Sequence record: SRR20825019_719 | DNA: 20,000 bases | Direction: 5' to 3' (one strand) | Program-made: the position numbers and the translations under genes | Shown here: in pieces, positions 1-8,984 of the stretch | How positions within the stretch are numbered: the first letter of the stretch is position 1 | Layout of the letters: each line of letters starts with the position of its first letter | Notes under the pieces: generated by a model | Told to the model about the DNA's origin: nothing | Database searches by the model: none | Seen by the model: only the letters and a program-made list of their open reading frames with translations

Positions 1-271
1 CCAATGTGCCCAGGCAAAACAGGCTGATACCAATACCGGTGGCAGCGCGACGGCCGAAATGATCGGAAAAAGGTCCTCCTACTAACTGACCGATAGCAAA
101 CCCGGCCAGAAACAGGCTGAGCGATAATTCGGTGTCATGAATGCTGACATTAAAAAATGCCGACATTTCAGGCATGGCCGGTAGATAGGCATCAATAGCC
201 AGCGGTGTCATCGCTGTTAAAGCCGCGAGAAACAGAATCAGCGAGCGAATATCTGGTTGGGAGGAACTCAT
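1..271 (-). CDS. Bcr/CflA family MFS drug-resistance transporter, N-terminal part (continues beyond the window start)
   Basis: Manual translation from the ATG at 271: MSSSQPDIRSLILFLAALTAMTPLAIDAYLPAMPEM...GQLVGGPFSDHFGRR. It has the DxYLPAxP motif and MFS motif A (GPxSDxFGRR). The ATG overlaps the marR stop (ATGA). Confidence 0.9.
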   Translation of the reverse strand, partial: MSSSQPDIRSLILFLAALTAMTPLAIDAYLPAMPEMSAFFNVSIHDTELSLSLFLAGFAIGQLVGGPFSDHFGRRAATGIGISLFCLGTL

Positions 272-786
272 TCTGTGGCTTCTACCTGCGTTTCAATCAG
301 TTGCAGGCAGCCCTTCAGTAAACTGGCAAACTGCGTTTTGTCATTGTCAGTCATGCCTGACAGCAGTGAGGAGAGTAAATCAAAATGGGCTGGAGCGGCC
401 TCGTCAATAAGTACTTGCCCCTGCGCAGTGAGGGAGACTTTCACACTGCGCCGGTCCTGCGGGCAGTGGGCTCTTGTGATTAAGCCTTTATTTTCCAGCC
501 GATCCAGACGGCTGGTCATCGCACCGGAACTGAGCAACATGCTTTGATAGAGCGCCGATGGCGTCAGGGCGTCTACATCCGCTCGTCTCAATGCGGCAAG
601 GACATCAAACTCTCCCTGTTTAAGATTAAAACGCGCGTGAAGATCACCGATACGTGTTTCCAGCGCCTTACTCAGTCGCAGTGCACGGGCAGCGATCTGC
701 ATGCTGCTGAAATCAGCCTTAAGTCCGCGGGCTTGCCATTGCTCGGTAATGCCATCGATATCATCTGGTGCGTTATTTTTTCTCAT
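268..786 (-). CDS. MarR family transcriptional regulator (PecS/UrtR-like)
   Basis: 172 aa with winged-helix motifs EFDVLAALRR, SSGAMTSRLDRLENKGLITR and DRRSVKVSLT, and an N-terminal helix containing Trp (DGITEQW). Confidence 0.92.
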   Translation of the reverse strand: MRKNNAPDDIDGITEQWQARGLKADFSSMQIAARALRLSKALETRIGDLHARFNLKQGEFDVLAALRRADVDALTPSALYQSMLLSSGAMTSRLDRLENKGLITRAHCPQDRRSVKVSLTAQGQVLIDEAAPAHFDLLSSLLSGMTDNDKTQFASLLKGCLQLIETQVEATE

Positions 787-816
787 GATAATGGGGCGTT
801 ATTAAAAACTTATTTG

Positions 817-845
817 AGTCTAGCTTTTTATCTTTATAAAAACAA
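817..845 (-). promoter_or_regulatory. Putative sigma70 promoter of marR-bcr
   Basis: Minus strand TTGTTT-N17-TAGACT, about 30 nt upstream of the marR ATG. Confidence 0.45.
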
Positions 846-861
846 TCTTTATATAAAGACA
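844..861. promoter_or_regulatory. Putative MarR operator palindrome
   Basis: Perfect 14-bp palindrome TCTTTATATAAAGA (846-859) abutting the predicted -35. The half-site ATCTTTATA is repeated at 830-838. Confidence 0.6.
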
Positions 862-954
862 CATTGCCATAATAAATTGATTTAAATTGTATAAATTGAT
901 TAACAGTTAGCTGCCGAAATAACCCGTTTTATGAATTTTGCATTGCTGTGCATA

Positions 955-983
955 TTGATGTTCGCAGCTGACAAACTTATAAT
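955..983 (+). promoter_or_regulatory. sigma70 promoter upstream of the FdhF/YdeP gene
   Basis: TTGATG (955-960), 17-nt spacer, TATAAT (978-983). Confidence 0.7.
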
Positions 984-1166
984 ACGTGCTGATCGCAATG
1001 ATCAGAAGGATGACAGGCGGTAGTCCTGTTTCATCACGCAGAACATGCCGTTCTGATCTCTCAATTTTTAATTTTACAGGCCAATTTCGCCTGCGCCTTG
1101 CTGATTGCTTTCAGTGCGGCCGGAAAAGCTGTGCCTGTTTTGCTTTGTCTCGGAGAATTTATTCCT

Positions 1167-3467
1167 GTGAGTCATTACAAGCCGTATAACGGACCAGCCG
1201 CAGGCTGGGGTGCGCTGGTCAGTGTGACCCGAAACTGGTTGGGTAGTAAAAACGCGATAAAGAATATTCGCGCCATGCTTAAAACCAATCAGGACCACGG
1301 CCTTGATTGTCCCGGTTGCGCCTGGGGAGAGACCCCGGAAAAGCATTTCATCAAGTTTTGTGAAAATGGCGCCAAAGCGGTTAACTGGGAAGCGACCAGT
1401 CGTCGGGTTACCCCCGCATTCTTTGCCAGTCACAGCAATAGCGAACTGCTCAGGCAAAATGATTGGTGGCTGGAGTCACAGGGGCGTATTACGCATCCGA
1501 TGCAGTATAACCCGGAAACCGATCACTACGAACCGGTCACCTGGAAGCAGGCTTTTGAACTCGTTGCTAAACATCTCAAAGCACTGGAGTCACCGGATCA
1601 GGCTGAGTTTTACACTTCCGGCCGTGCCAGTAATGAAGCTGCCTTTCTGTATCAATTGTTTGTACGTGCTTTCGGTACCAACAACTTTCCCGACTGTTCC
1701 AATATGTGCCACGAAGCCAGTGGCATTGGTATGTCGGAAAGCATCGGTGTGGGTAAGGGGACGGTTACCTTTGAAGACTTTGCCGAAGCCGACGCCATCT
1801 TTGTGATTGGACAGAATCCGGGTACCAATCATCCGCGCATGCTGGAGCCACTGCGTGAAGCAGTTCAGCGCGGTGCCCAGGTGATTTGCTTTAACCCGCT
1901 GAAAGAAAGAGGGCTGGAGCGCTTTCAGCATCCGCAGAACCCGCTGGAAATGCTGACCAATGAATCCGAGCCCACTACCAGTGCTTATTTTCGTCCGGCT
2001 TTGGGGGGCGATATGGCGGCGATTCGGGGCATGGTCAAGTTCCTCCTGCAATGGGAACGTGAAGCCCAGGCGCAGAATAAACCTGCGGTGTTTGACCGCG
2101 AGTTCATTGCCGAGCATACCGATGGCCTTGATGAGTATCTGACTGAAGTCGATAACACCAGCTGGACGCAGATTGAACAACAGTCCGGGCTGAGCCGACA
2201 GGATATTGAACTCGCCGCCAGTATGTACCGTAAGGCTGATCGCGTCATTATGTGCTGGGCGATGGGGGTGACTCAGCATCTGCATTCGGTGGCGACAGTG
2301 CAGGAAATCATCAACCTGCAACTCCTGTGCGGCAATATCGGTAAACCCGGTGCCGGACTGTCGCCGGTTCGGGGTCACAGTAATGTGCAGGGCGACCGCA
2401 CGATGGGGATTGATGAGCAGCCGCCGGCTTCACTACTGGATGCACTGGAGCAACGTTTCCAGTTCAAAGTGCCGCGTCACCACGGTCATACGACGGTGAA
2501 AGCCATCGCTGCGATGGAGACGGGTGAGGCTAAGGTTTTCTTTGGTCTGGGCGGTAATTTTGTTCAGGCAGCGCCGGATACACCGCGAACCTATGCCGCC
2601 ATGCAGAACTGCGACCTGACTGTCCACGTTTCGACCAAGCTCAACCGCAGTCATCTGATTACCGGTAAACAGGCGTTGATTCTGCCCTGTATTGGTCGAA
2701 CCGAAATTGATTACCAGAAAAACGGCAAGCAGGGCGTGACCGTAGAAGACACCTTCAGCATGGTGCATATTTCCTATGGTCAGTTGAAGCCGTTTTCGCC
2801 TTTGCTTAAATCGGAAGCCGCAATTATTGCCGGTATCGCCGAAGCCACCCTGGGCACGCATCCGGTTGACTGGAACTGGCTGGTGGAAGATTACAGCCGT
2901 ATTCGTGATCTGATTGACGATACCATTCCCGGCTTTGCCAACTTTAATGAACGCGTTGATCTGCCCGGAGGTTTTTATCTGGGTAACAACGCGCGGGATC
3001 GTATCTGGTACACCGACAGTGGTAAGGCAAACTTCAAAGCCAATGCCTTGCCTACTACACTCATTCATGCCGATATCACTGCCATGGGGGACAAGCCGGA
3101 TCTGATTCTGCAGACCATGCGCTCCCATGATCAATACAACACCACGGTCTACAGCATGAATGACCGCTATCGTGGCGTTTACGGTATGCGTGATGTGGTG
3201 TTTGCCAATGAAGCCGATATTCGCAAACTCGGGCTCGAGCCCGGCCAGAAAGTGGATCTGATCTCGCTTTGGGGCGATGGCAAGGAACGTCGTGTCAATG
3301 GCTTTACTTTGCTCAGTTATGATATCCCTGAAGGGCAGGCGGCGGCCTACTATCCGGAGACCAATCCTCTGGTGCCACTGGACAGTGTCGGTGACAAAAC
3401 ATTTACCCCGACGTCCAAATTTATCGCCATTAAGCTGCAGGCCAGCCGTGAGTCGAATGCTGCCTAG
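1167..3467 (+). CDS. FdhF/YdeP (CbbBc-like) molybdopterin oxidoreductase / formate dehydrogenase-like protein
   Basis: Motifs GGWGAL-like (AAGWGAL), DCPGCAW, FCENGAKA, FYTSGRASNEAA, NNFPDCSNMCHE, RGHSNVQGDRT and RSHDQYNTT. GTG at 1167 preceded by GGAGA (1152-1156) is preferred over the track start at 1098. Confidence 0.93.
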   Translation: MSHYKPYNGPAAGWGALVSVTRNWLGSKNAIKNIRAMLKTNQDHGLDCPGCAWGETPEKHFIKFCENGAKAVNWEATSRRVTPAFFASHSNSELLRQNDWWLESQGRITHPMQYNPETDHYEPVTWKQAFELVAKHLKALESPDQAEFYTSGRASNEAAFLYQLFVRAFGTNNFPDCSNMCHEASGIGMSESIGVGKGTVTFEDFAEADAIFVIGQNPGTNHPRMLEPLREAVQRGAQVICFNPLKERGLERFQHPQNPLEMLTNESEPTTSAYFRPALGGDMAAIRGMVKFLLQWEREAQAQNKPAVFDREFIAEHTDGLDEYLTEVDNTSWTQIEQQSGLSRQDIELAASMYRKADRVIMCWAMGVTQHLHSVATVQEIINLQLLCGNIGKPGAGLSPVRGHSNVQGDRTMGIDEQPPASLLDALEQRFQFKVPRHHGHTTVKAIAAMETGEAKVFFGLGGNFVQAAPDTPRTYAAMQNCDLTVHVSTKLNRSHLITGKQALILPCIGRTEIDYQKNGKQGVTVEDTFSMVHISYGQLKPFSPLLKSEAAIIAGIAEATLGTHPVDWNWLVEDYSRIRDLIDDTIPGFANFNERVDLPGGFYLGNNARDRIWYTDSGKANFKANALPTTLIHADITAMGDKPDLILQTMRSHDQYNTTVYSMNDRYRGVYGMRDVVFANEADIRKLGLEPGQKVDLISLWGDGKERRVNGFTLLSYDIPEGQAAAYYPETNPLVPLDSVGDKTFTPTSKFIAIKLQASRESNAA

Positions 3468-3512
3468 ACTTTAGGGCTGATTGTTTCAGTCTTGAATATG
3501 GGTGAAAATATG

Positions 3513-3546
3513 CGGTTTGCCGGGTTTGTGCGGCAAACCGTTTTTT
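3513..3546 (+). terminator. Rho-independent terminator-like hairpin after the FdhF/YdeP gene
   Basis: CGGTTTGCCG / CGGCAAACCG perfect 10-bp stem with an 8-nt loop, followed by TTTTTT. Confidence 0.7.
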
Positions 3547-3564
3547 AATGTAGAGCTGTTATCC

Positions 3565-5142
3565 ATGTCCAGTCCCGTTCAAGAAGCTGCCAGTAAGCGG
3601 CGCACCTTCGCAATCATTTCGCATCCCGACGCCGGTAAAACCACGCTGACCGAAAAATTGCTGTATTTCGGCGGTGCGATACAGATGGCGGGTAGCGTCA
3701 AATCGCGCAAAACCGATAAGCACGCGACTTCGGACTGGATGGAAATGGAGAAAGAGCGGGGCATCTCGGTGACCTCGTCGGTGATGCAGTTTCCCTACAA
3801 CGGCCGTATCGTCAATCTACTCGATACGCCAGGTCACGCCGACTTCTCCGAAGATACCTACCGGACCCTGACTGCGGTCGACTCAGCACTGATGGTGATT
3901 GACAGTGCCAAGGGTGTTGAGGAACGGACCATTAAACTGATGGAGGTCTGTCGACTGCGTGATACGCCGATTCTGACCTTTATCAACAAGCTGGACCGGG
4001 AAGGGCGCGAGCCGATTGAACTGCTCGATGAAGTGGAAACCATTCTGAATATTCAGTGTGCACCGATTACCTGGCCGATTGGCATGGGTAAGGGGTTCAA
4101 GGGCATTTTCCACCTGTTGAACGACAGCGTGCACCTGTTCCAGCCCCATACCAAAGACGCCGGTGAAATCATTCAGGGTCTGGATAACCCGCGCCTGGAT
4201 GAACTGTTCGGCAACATGGCTGACGATCTGCGAGAGGAAATCGAACTGGTGCGCGGTGCCAGCCACGACTTTGATGTGGATGAATTCCTGGCCGGTAAAC
4301 TGACGCCGGTGTTTTTCGGTTCAGCGATGAACAACTTCGGCGTTACCGAATTGATGGATTCCTTTGTCGAGTACGCACCCGCGCCGCAACCGCGGGAAAC
4401 CAAAACGCGTGAAGTGTCAGCCGAAGAAGAAAAATTCAGCGGTTTTGTATTCAAAATCCAGGCGAATATGGATCCCAAACACCGTGACAGGATTGCCTTT
4501 ATGCGTGTGTGTTCTGGCAGATACAGCAAAGGCATGAAAATGCTACAGACCCGTATCGGCAAGGATGTGACCATTGCCAATGCGGTGACTTTTATGGCTG
4601 CCGAACGAGAGCAGGCCGAAGAGGCCTGGCCGGGCGACATTCTGGGGCTGCACAATCACGGCACCATTCAGATCGGCGATACCTTTACCCAGGGAGAGGA
4701 GCTGCAATTCACCGGTATTCCCTATTTTGCACCGGAACTGTTCCGTCGCGTCCGGCTGAAAGACCCTTTGAAAAACAAGGCTTTACTCAAAGGTCTACAG
4801 CAACTCAGTGAAGAAGGTGCCACTCAGCTATTCCGTCCCATCGATAACAATGATCTGATTCTGGGGGCGGTCGGTGTGCTGCAGTTTGATGTGGTCGTGC
4901 ATCGGTTGAAGGGTGAATACAATGTTGAATGTGCTTACGAACCGGTGCAGGTTCATACCGCCCGATGGGTTTACTGTGATGATGAACGCAAGCTGGAAGA
5001 ATTCAAAAGAAAAGCCTCTACTAATCTGGCCTACGACGGTTCAGGTAATCTGACTTATATTGCTCCGACACGGGTCAATCTGGACCTGACCATGGAGCGT
5101 TGGCCGGATATCGACTTCCGCGCAACCCGCGAACATCTCTAA
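3565..5142 (+). CDS. prfC: Peptide chain release factor 3
   Basis: [37 protein letters not shown] and [13 protein letters not shown]. Start set at ATG 3565 ([13 protein letters not shown]). Confidence 0.98.
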   Translation: MSSPVQEAASKRRTFAIISHPDAGKTTLTEKLLYFGGAIQMAGSVKSRKTDKHATSDWMEMEKERGISVTSSVMQFPYNGRIVNLLDTPGHADFSEDTYRTLTAVDSALMVIDSAKGVEERTIKLMEVCRLRDTPILTFINKLDREGREPIELLDEVETILNIQCAPITWPIGMGKGFKGIFHLLNDSVHLFQPHTKDAGEIIQGLDNPRLDELFGNMADDLREEIELVRGASHDFDVDEFLAGKLTPVFFGSAMNNFGVTELMDSFVEYAPAPQPRETKTREVSAEEEKFSGFVFKIQANMDPKHRDRIAFMRVCSGRYSKGMKMLQTRIGKDVTIANAVTFMAAEREQAEEAWPGDILGLHNHGTIQIGDTFTQGEELQFTGIPYFAPELFRRVRLKDPLKNKALLKGLQQLSEEGATQLFRPIDNNDLILGAVGVLQFDVVVHRLKGEYNVECAYEPVQVHTARWVYCDDERKLEEFKRKASTNLAYDGSGNLTYIAPTRVNLDLTMERWPDIDFRATREHL

Positions 5143-5190
5143 GCTGTTTTGATGGCCGCCTGAATTAGGGGCGGCGAACACTTGCACTTG

Positions 5191-5204
5191 TTGATTGAAC
5201 TCAA
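5191..5204. promoter_or_regulatory. FNR/Anr-like box upstream of the CBS gene
   Basis: TTGAT-TGAA-CTCAA, one mismatch to TTGAT-N4-ATCAA. Confidence 0.45.
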
Positions 5205-5244
5205 GCAGAATAGCAACAGGCACTCTGCTGAAAGGGACGAACGG

Positions 5245-5703
5245 ATGAAAGTCAGGTCGATCACCAAGAACAAGGGCAAGCCGGTTATTGGCTTATCCCT
5301 ATCGGATTCACTGGACAAGGCCGTGACCTTGATGATGGAACACCGTATCGGCTCCCTGGTCGTGACCGACGACGGTGGTAAACTGGTCGGGATTCTATCC
5401 GAGCGCGATTTGCTCAATATTCTGCATCAGAAACATGCCATGTGGAGTCCGGTCAGCGTTGCCGATGCCATGACGCCCGATCCTTATGTCTGCGAACCGG
5501 ATAACAGTCTGGAAGAATGCATGAATATGATGGTCGACCACAACATCCGGCACTTGCCTGTCGTCTTTAAAGGTAAGCTGGAAGGTATGCTGTCGATAAC
5601 CGATATCGTGGAAGAGCTGCTGAATAAAGCCAAGTTTGAAAACAAGCTGCTCAAAAACTATATTCAGAACTGGCCTGATGCCGAGCACGAGCAGGGTGAG
5701 TAG
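5245..5703 (+). CDS. Stand-alone CBS-domain pair protein
   Basis: HRIGSLVV..GKLVGILSERDL and M..HNIRHLPVV..GKLEGMLSITDIV. ATG 5245 lies downstream of AAGGGA. Confidence 0.9.
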   Translation: MKVRSITKNKGKPVIGLSLSDSLDKAVTLMMEHRIGSLVVTDDGGKLVGILSERDLLNILHQKHAMWSPVSVADAMTPDPYVCEPDNSLEECMNMMVDHNIRHLPVVFKGKLEGMLSITDIVEELLNKAKFENKLLKNYIQNWPDAEHEQGE

Positions 5704-5709
5704 GCGCGT

Positions 5710-6003
5710 CTAATCGTCGTCCGTCGAGTACTCGCTGGTGCGTTCGGTCTGTAGTTTATTGTCCCGGGCGAAATCCATCAGAAAATCAAACAACATTTCA
5801 TCTGTTTGTTCCAGAACTGCATCAATAATCACGCATTTGACACCGTCAATGGAAGCCAGTCTGACATTGGGGTGAAAGATGATTCTTCTGCCCGGACCGT
5901 AAGAAGCCACTGCGCCGCATAAGCGTTCGGCCCAGTCACTGGGCCGGAATTTGCCGCCGTCCTGCGTCAAACCCCGAATAATCAACTTTTCCGATGTGGC
6001 CAT
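5710..6003 (-). CDS. DUF3579-like protein of unknown function
   Basis: 97 aa. IIRGLTQDGGKFRPSDWAERLCG and FDFLMDFARDNKL match my recollection of this family. Confidence 0.8.
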   Translation of the reverse strand: MATSEKLIIRGLTQDGGKFRPSDWAERLCGAVASYGPGRRIIFHPNVRLASIDGVKCVIIDAVLEQTDEMLFDFLMDFARDNKLQTERTSEYSTDDD

Positions 6004-6136
6004 AAAATTTCTGCTCGAAAACTCAGACGTTACAAGGCCGATATTCTACTGCAATTCGACTGCCTTGCATAAGCTGGCGCGAACAATAAATCCTTATATC
6101 ATCAAGTGATCGCTCAACAGCCTATTAAAAAATCCG

Positions 6137-6142
6137 TATAAT
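6137..6142 (+). promoter_or_regulatory. Putative -10 element of the ileS operon promoter
   Basis: Perfect TATAAT 36 nt upstream of the ileS GTG. The -35 element is poor. Confidence 0.5.
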
Positions 6143-6178
6143 TACCGCTTTTGGTTTTTCGAGAATCACGGGAAGCTT

Positions 6179-8980
6179 GTGGCCGACTACAAACACACAC
6201 TGAATTTACCTGCTACCGACTTTCCGATGAAAGCCGGCTTGCCCAACCGCGAACCGCAAACATTGAAGCGCTGGCAGGATATCGATCTCTACAATAAACT
6301 GCGCGAACAGGCCAAGGGCCGGCCCCAGTTTATTCTTCATGATGGTCCGCCATATGCCAATGGCGACATTCATATCGGCCACGCGGTGAATAAGATTCTT
6401 AAGGACATCATTCTCAAGTCCAAGACGCTGAGTGGTTTTGATGCGCCTTATGTGCCCGGCTGGGATTGCCATGGTCTGCCGATTGAACTCAATGTTGAGA
6501 AGAAAGTCGGCAAACCGGGTGTGAAAGTGTCTGCCAAAGAATTCCGCGAAGCCTGCCGTCAGTACGCTGCAAAACAGGTCGACGGTCAGCGCGAAGACTT
6601 CAAACGTCTCGGTGTGTTGGGTGAGTGGGACAATCCTTACCTGACCATGGATTTCAGCTTTGAGGCCGATATCATTCGCACCCTGGGCCAGATCATCAAA
6701 CAGGGCCATTTGCATAAAGGTGTCAAGCCGGTGCACTGGTGTGTGGATTGCGGCTCTGCGCTGGCTGAAGCGGAAGTCGAATATGAAGACAAAACCTCAC
6801 CGGCGATTGATGTCCGTTTTGAGGTGATCGAGGCGATGGCATTTGAACAGGCATCCGGTGTGACCGGTGGCGGCCCTGTCAGTATTCCGATCTGGACGAC
6901 TACACCCTGGACATTGCCAGCCAACCAGGCTGTCTCACTGAACCCGGAACTGACTTATGTTGTAGTGCAAACCTCGAATGAACGCCTGGTTCTGGCAGAA
7001 GCACTCTATGAAAAAGCCCTTGAGCGTTATCAGCTTACAGGTGAGGTCATTGGCCGCGTCAAAGGGGAACAGTTAGAAGGTTTGTTACTGCAGCATCCAT
7101 TCTATGATCGCCAGGTGCCGGTGATTCTCGGTGATCATGTCACCAGCGATGGTGGTACCGGTGCTGTGCATACTGCGCCGGGCCATGGTCAGGATGACTA
7201 CACGGTGGGGCTCAAATACAAGCTGGAAGTGGATAACCCGGTGGGCAGCAACGGCTGTTTCCTACCTGACACGCCTTTGTTTGCCGGTGAGTCAGTCTTT
7301 AAGGCCAACCCGCAGGTCATTGAACTGTTGAAAGAAAAGGGGGCTTTGCTGGCTTATCAGGATCTCCAGCACAGCTATCCGCACTGCTGGCGCCATAAAA
7401 CGCCGATTATTTTCCGTGCCACACCGCAATGGTTTGTCAGCATGGATCAGAACGGCCTGCGCCAGGCAGCAATGAAAGCCATTGCTGATACTGAATGGAT
7501 GCCGGACTGGGGTCAGAAACGAATTGAAGGCATGGTTGAAGGCCGTCCTGACTGGTGTATTTCGCGCCAGCGTACCTGGGGTGTACCCATCCCGCTATTT
7601 GTCCACAAACAGACGGGTGAATTGCATCCGCAGACTGAGCGCCTGATTGAGCAGGTCGCAAAAACCGTCGAAACCGGTGGCATTGATGCCTGGTTTGATA
7701 TGGACGCAGAACAGCTGCTGGCCGGTGATGCGACAGACTACGATAAAGTGACTGACACGCTGGATGTCTGGTTTGATTCCGGTGTCTCGCATGCCTGTGT
7801 GCTGGCGCGCCGCGATTATCTGAATCGTCCTGCCGATCTGTATCTGGAAGGTAGTGACCAGCATCGGGGCTGGTTCCAGTCATCGCTGCTGACATCGGTG
7901 GCGACTACCAACGCTGCGCCATACAAGGCTGTGTTGACACATGGCTTCACGGTTGATGCGCAAGGCAAGAAGATGTCGAAGTCCAAGGGTAATGTCGTCG
8001 CACCGCAAAAGGTGATGAACAACCTGGGCGCCGATATTATCCGCCTGTGGGTGGCAGCCACTGACTACAGCGGCGAGATGCATGTGTCGGATGAGATCCT
8101 GAAGCGCACAGCGGATTCCTATCGTCGTATCCGCAATACTGCCCGTTTCCTGCTGTCGAATCTGAATGACTTTGATCCAGCCAGGAACCTGGTGGCGAGT
8201 GCCGATATGCTGCCACTGGATCGCTGGGCAGTGGATCGTGCCTATCAGGTGCAGCAGGATATTCTCAAAGCTTATGACAACTATCAGTTCCACCTGATTT
8301 ATCAGAAAGTCCATAATTTCTGTGCCAATGAGATGGGTAGTCTGTACCTGGATATCACCAAAGACCGCCAGTACACGATGAAAGCTGACAGTCTGGCACG
8401 CCGCAGTTCACAAACAGCGATGTACCACATCATCGAAGCCTTGGTGCGCTGGATTTCACCCATCCTGACCTTTACCGCTGATGAACTGTGGGGATGTCTG
8501 CCGGGTGAACGGAATGAGTCGGTAATTCTGAATAGCTGGTATCAGCAACTGGCACCGATGGATGAAGACTCAGGTTTTGATCTGACTTTCTGGAACCAGG
8601 TGTTTGCCGTTCGTGATGCCGTGGCCAAGGAACTGGAAAATCAGCGTAACGCCGGTCATATTAAAGGCGGCCTGACCGCGGAACTGACCCTGTTTGCTGA
8701 TGAAACCCTCTTCAGCAAGCTGAACCGGCTGGGCGATGAGCTCAAATTTGTACTGATTACCTCAGCAGCTTTCCTCAAGCCCGCTACGGATAAGACGGCT
8801 GATGCGGTTGAGACCAGTGTGCCGGGATTATCTGTAGAGATCGCAGCTTCCTCACATGCACGCTGTGATCGTTGCTGGCACCAGGTGCCATCGGTAGGCC
8901 AGAACCCGGATCATCCTGAGCTTTGCGGTCGTTGTGTCGACAATATTGAAGGGGCTGGCGAACAGCGCCAGTTTGCCTGA
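6179..8980 (+). CDS. ileS: Isoleucine--tRNA ligase (type 1)
   Basis: [37 protein letters not shown], and a C-terminal CDRCW...CGRC zinc motif. GTG start. Confidence 0.98.
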   Translation: MADYKHTLNLPATDFPMKAGLPNREPQTLKRWQDIDLYNKLREQAKGRPQFILHDGPPYANGDIHIGHAVNKILKDIILKSKTLSGFDAPYVPGWDCHGLPIELNVEKKVGKPGVKVSAKEFREACRQYAAKQVDGQREDFKRLGVLGEWDNPYLTMDFSFEADIIRTLGQIIKQGHLHKGVKPVHWCVDCGSALAEAEVEYEDKTSPAIDVRFEVIEAMAFEQASGVTGGGPVSIPIWTTTPWTLPANQAVSLNPELTYVVVQTSNERLVLAEALYEKALERYQLTGEVIGRVKGEQLEGLLLQHPFYDRQVPVILGDHVTSDGGTGAVHTAPGHGQDDYTVGLKYKLEVDNPVGSNGCFLPDTPLFAGESVFKANPQVIELLKEKGALLAYQDLQHSYPHCWRHKTPIIFRATPQWFVSMDQNGLRQAAMKAIADTEWMPDWGQKRIEGMVEGRPDWCISRQRTWGVPIPLFVHKQTGELHPQTERLIEQVAKTVETGGIDAWFDMDAEQLLAGDATDYDKVTDTLDVWFDSGVSHACVLARRDYLNRPADLYLEGSDQHRGWFQSSLLTSVATTNAAPYKAVLTHGFTVDAQGKKMSKSKGNVVAPQKVMNNLGADIIRLWVAATDYSGEMHVSDEILKRTADSYRRIRNTARFLLSNLNDFDPARNLVASADMLPLDRWAVDRAYQVQQDILKAYDNYQFHLIYQKVHNFCANEMGSLYLDITKDRQYTMKADSLARRSSQTAMYHIIEALVRWISPILTFTADELWGCLPGERNESVILNSWYQQLAPMDEDSGFDLTFWNQVFAVRDAVAKELENQRNAGHIKGGLTAELTLFADETLFSKLNRLGDELKFVLITSAAFLKPATDKTADAVETSVPGLSVEIAASSHARCDRCWHQVPSVGQNPDHPELCGRCVDNIEGAGEQRQFA

Positions 8981-8984
8981 CACC

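Noticed and set aside
1009-1097. Assignment of the leader as a canonical ZTP (pfl) or Moco riboswitch
   Set aside because: Only the GGCG/CGCC complementarity matches. Other conserved elements are not evident, so it is kept as an unassigned candidate RNA.
1098-1166. ORF-track N-terminal extension of FdhF/YdeP (similar over-extended starts for prfC, CBS, lspA, ihfB and ccoN/O/Q/P)
   Set aside because: Downstream starts have better RBS or overlap geometry and match the expected family N-termini.
986-1189. 67-aa Cys-rich ORF overlapping the FdhF/YdeP leader
   Set aside because: It starts at or before the predicted TSS, has no RBS and has no recognisable motif. It is more simply explained as non-coding leader, although a uORF role is not excluded.
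1590-3134. Long antisense ORFs (262 and 233 aa), with similar ones opposite prfC, ileS, rpsA, ihfB/Mth938 and ccoP
   Set aside because: Shadow frames of well-supported sense genes, with no recognisable domains.
5155-5175. GCCGCC/GGCGGC hairpin after prfC
   Set aside because: Short stem with no U-tract, so it cannot be supported as an intrinsic terminator.
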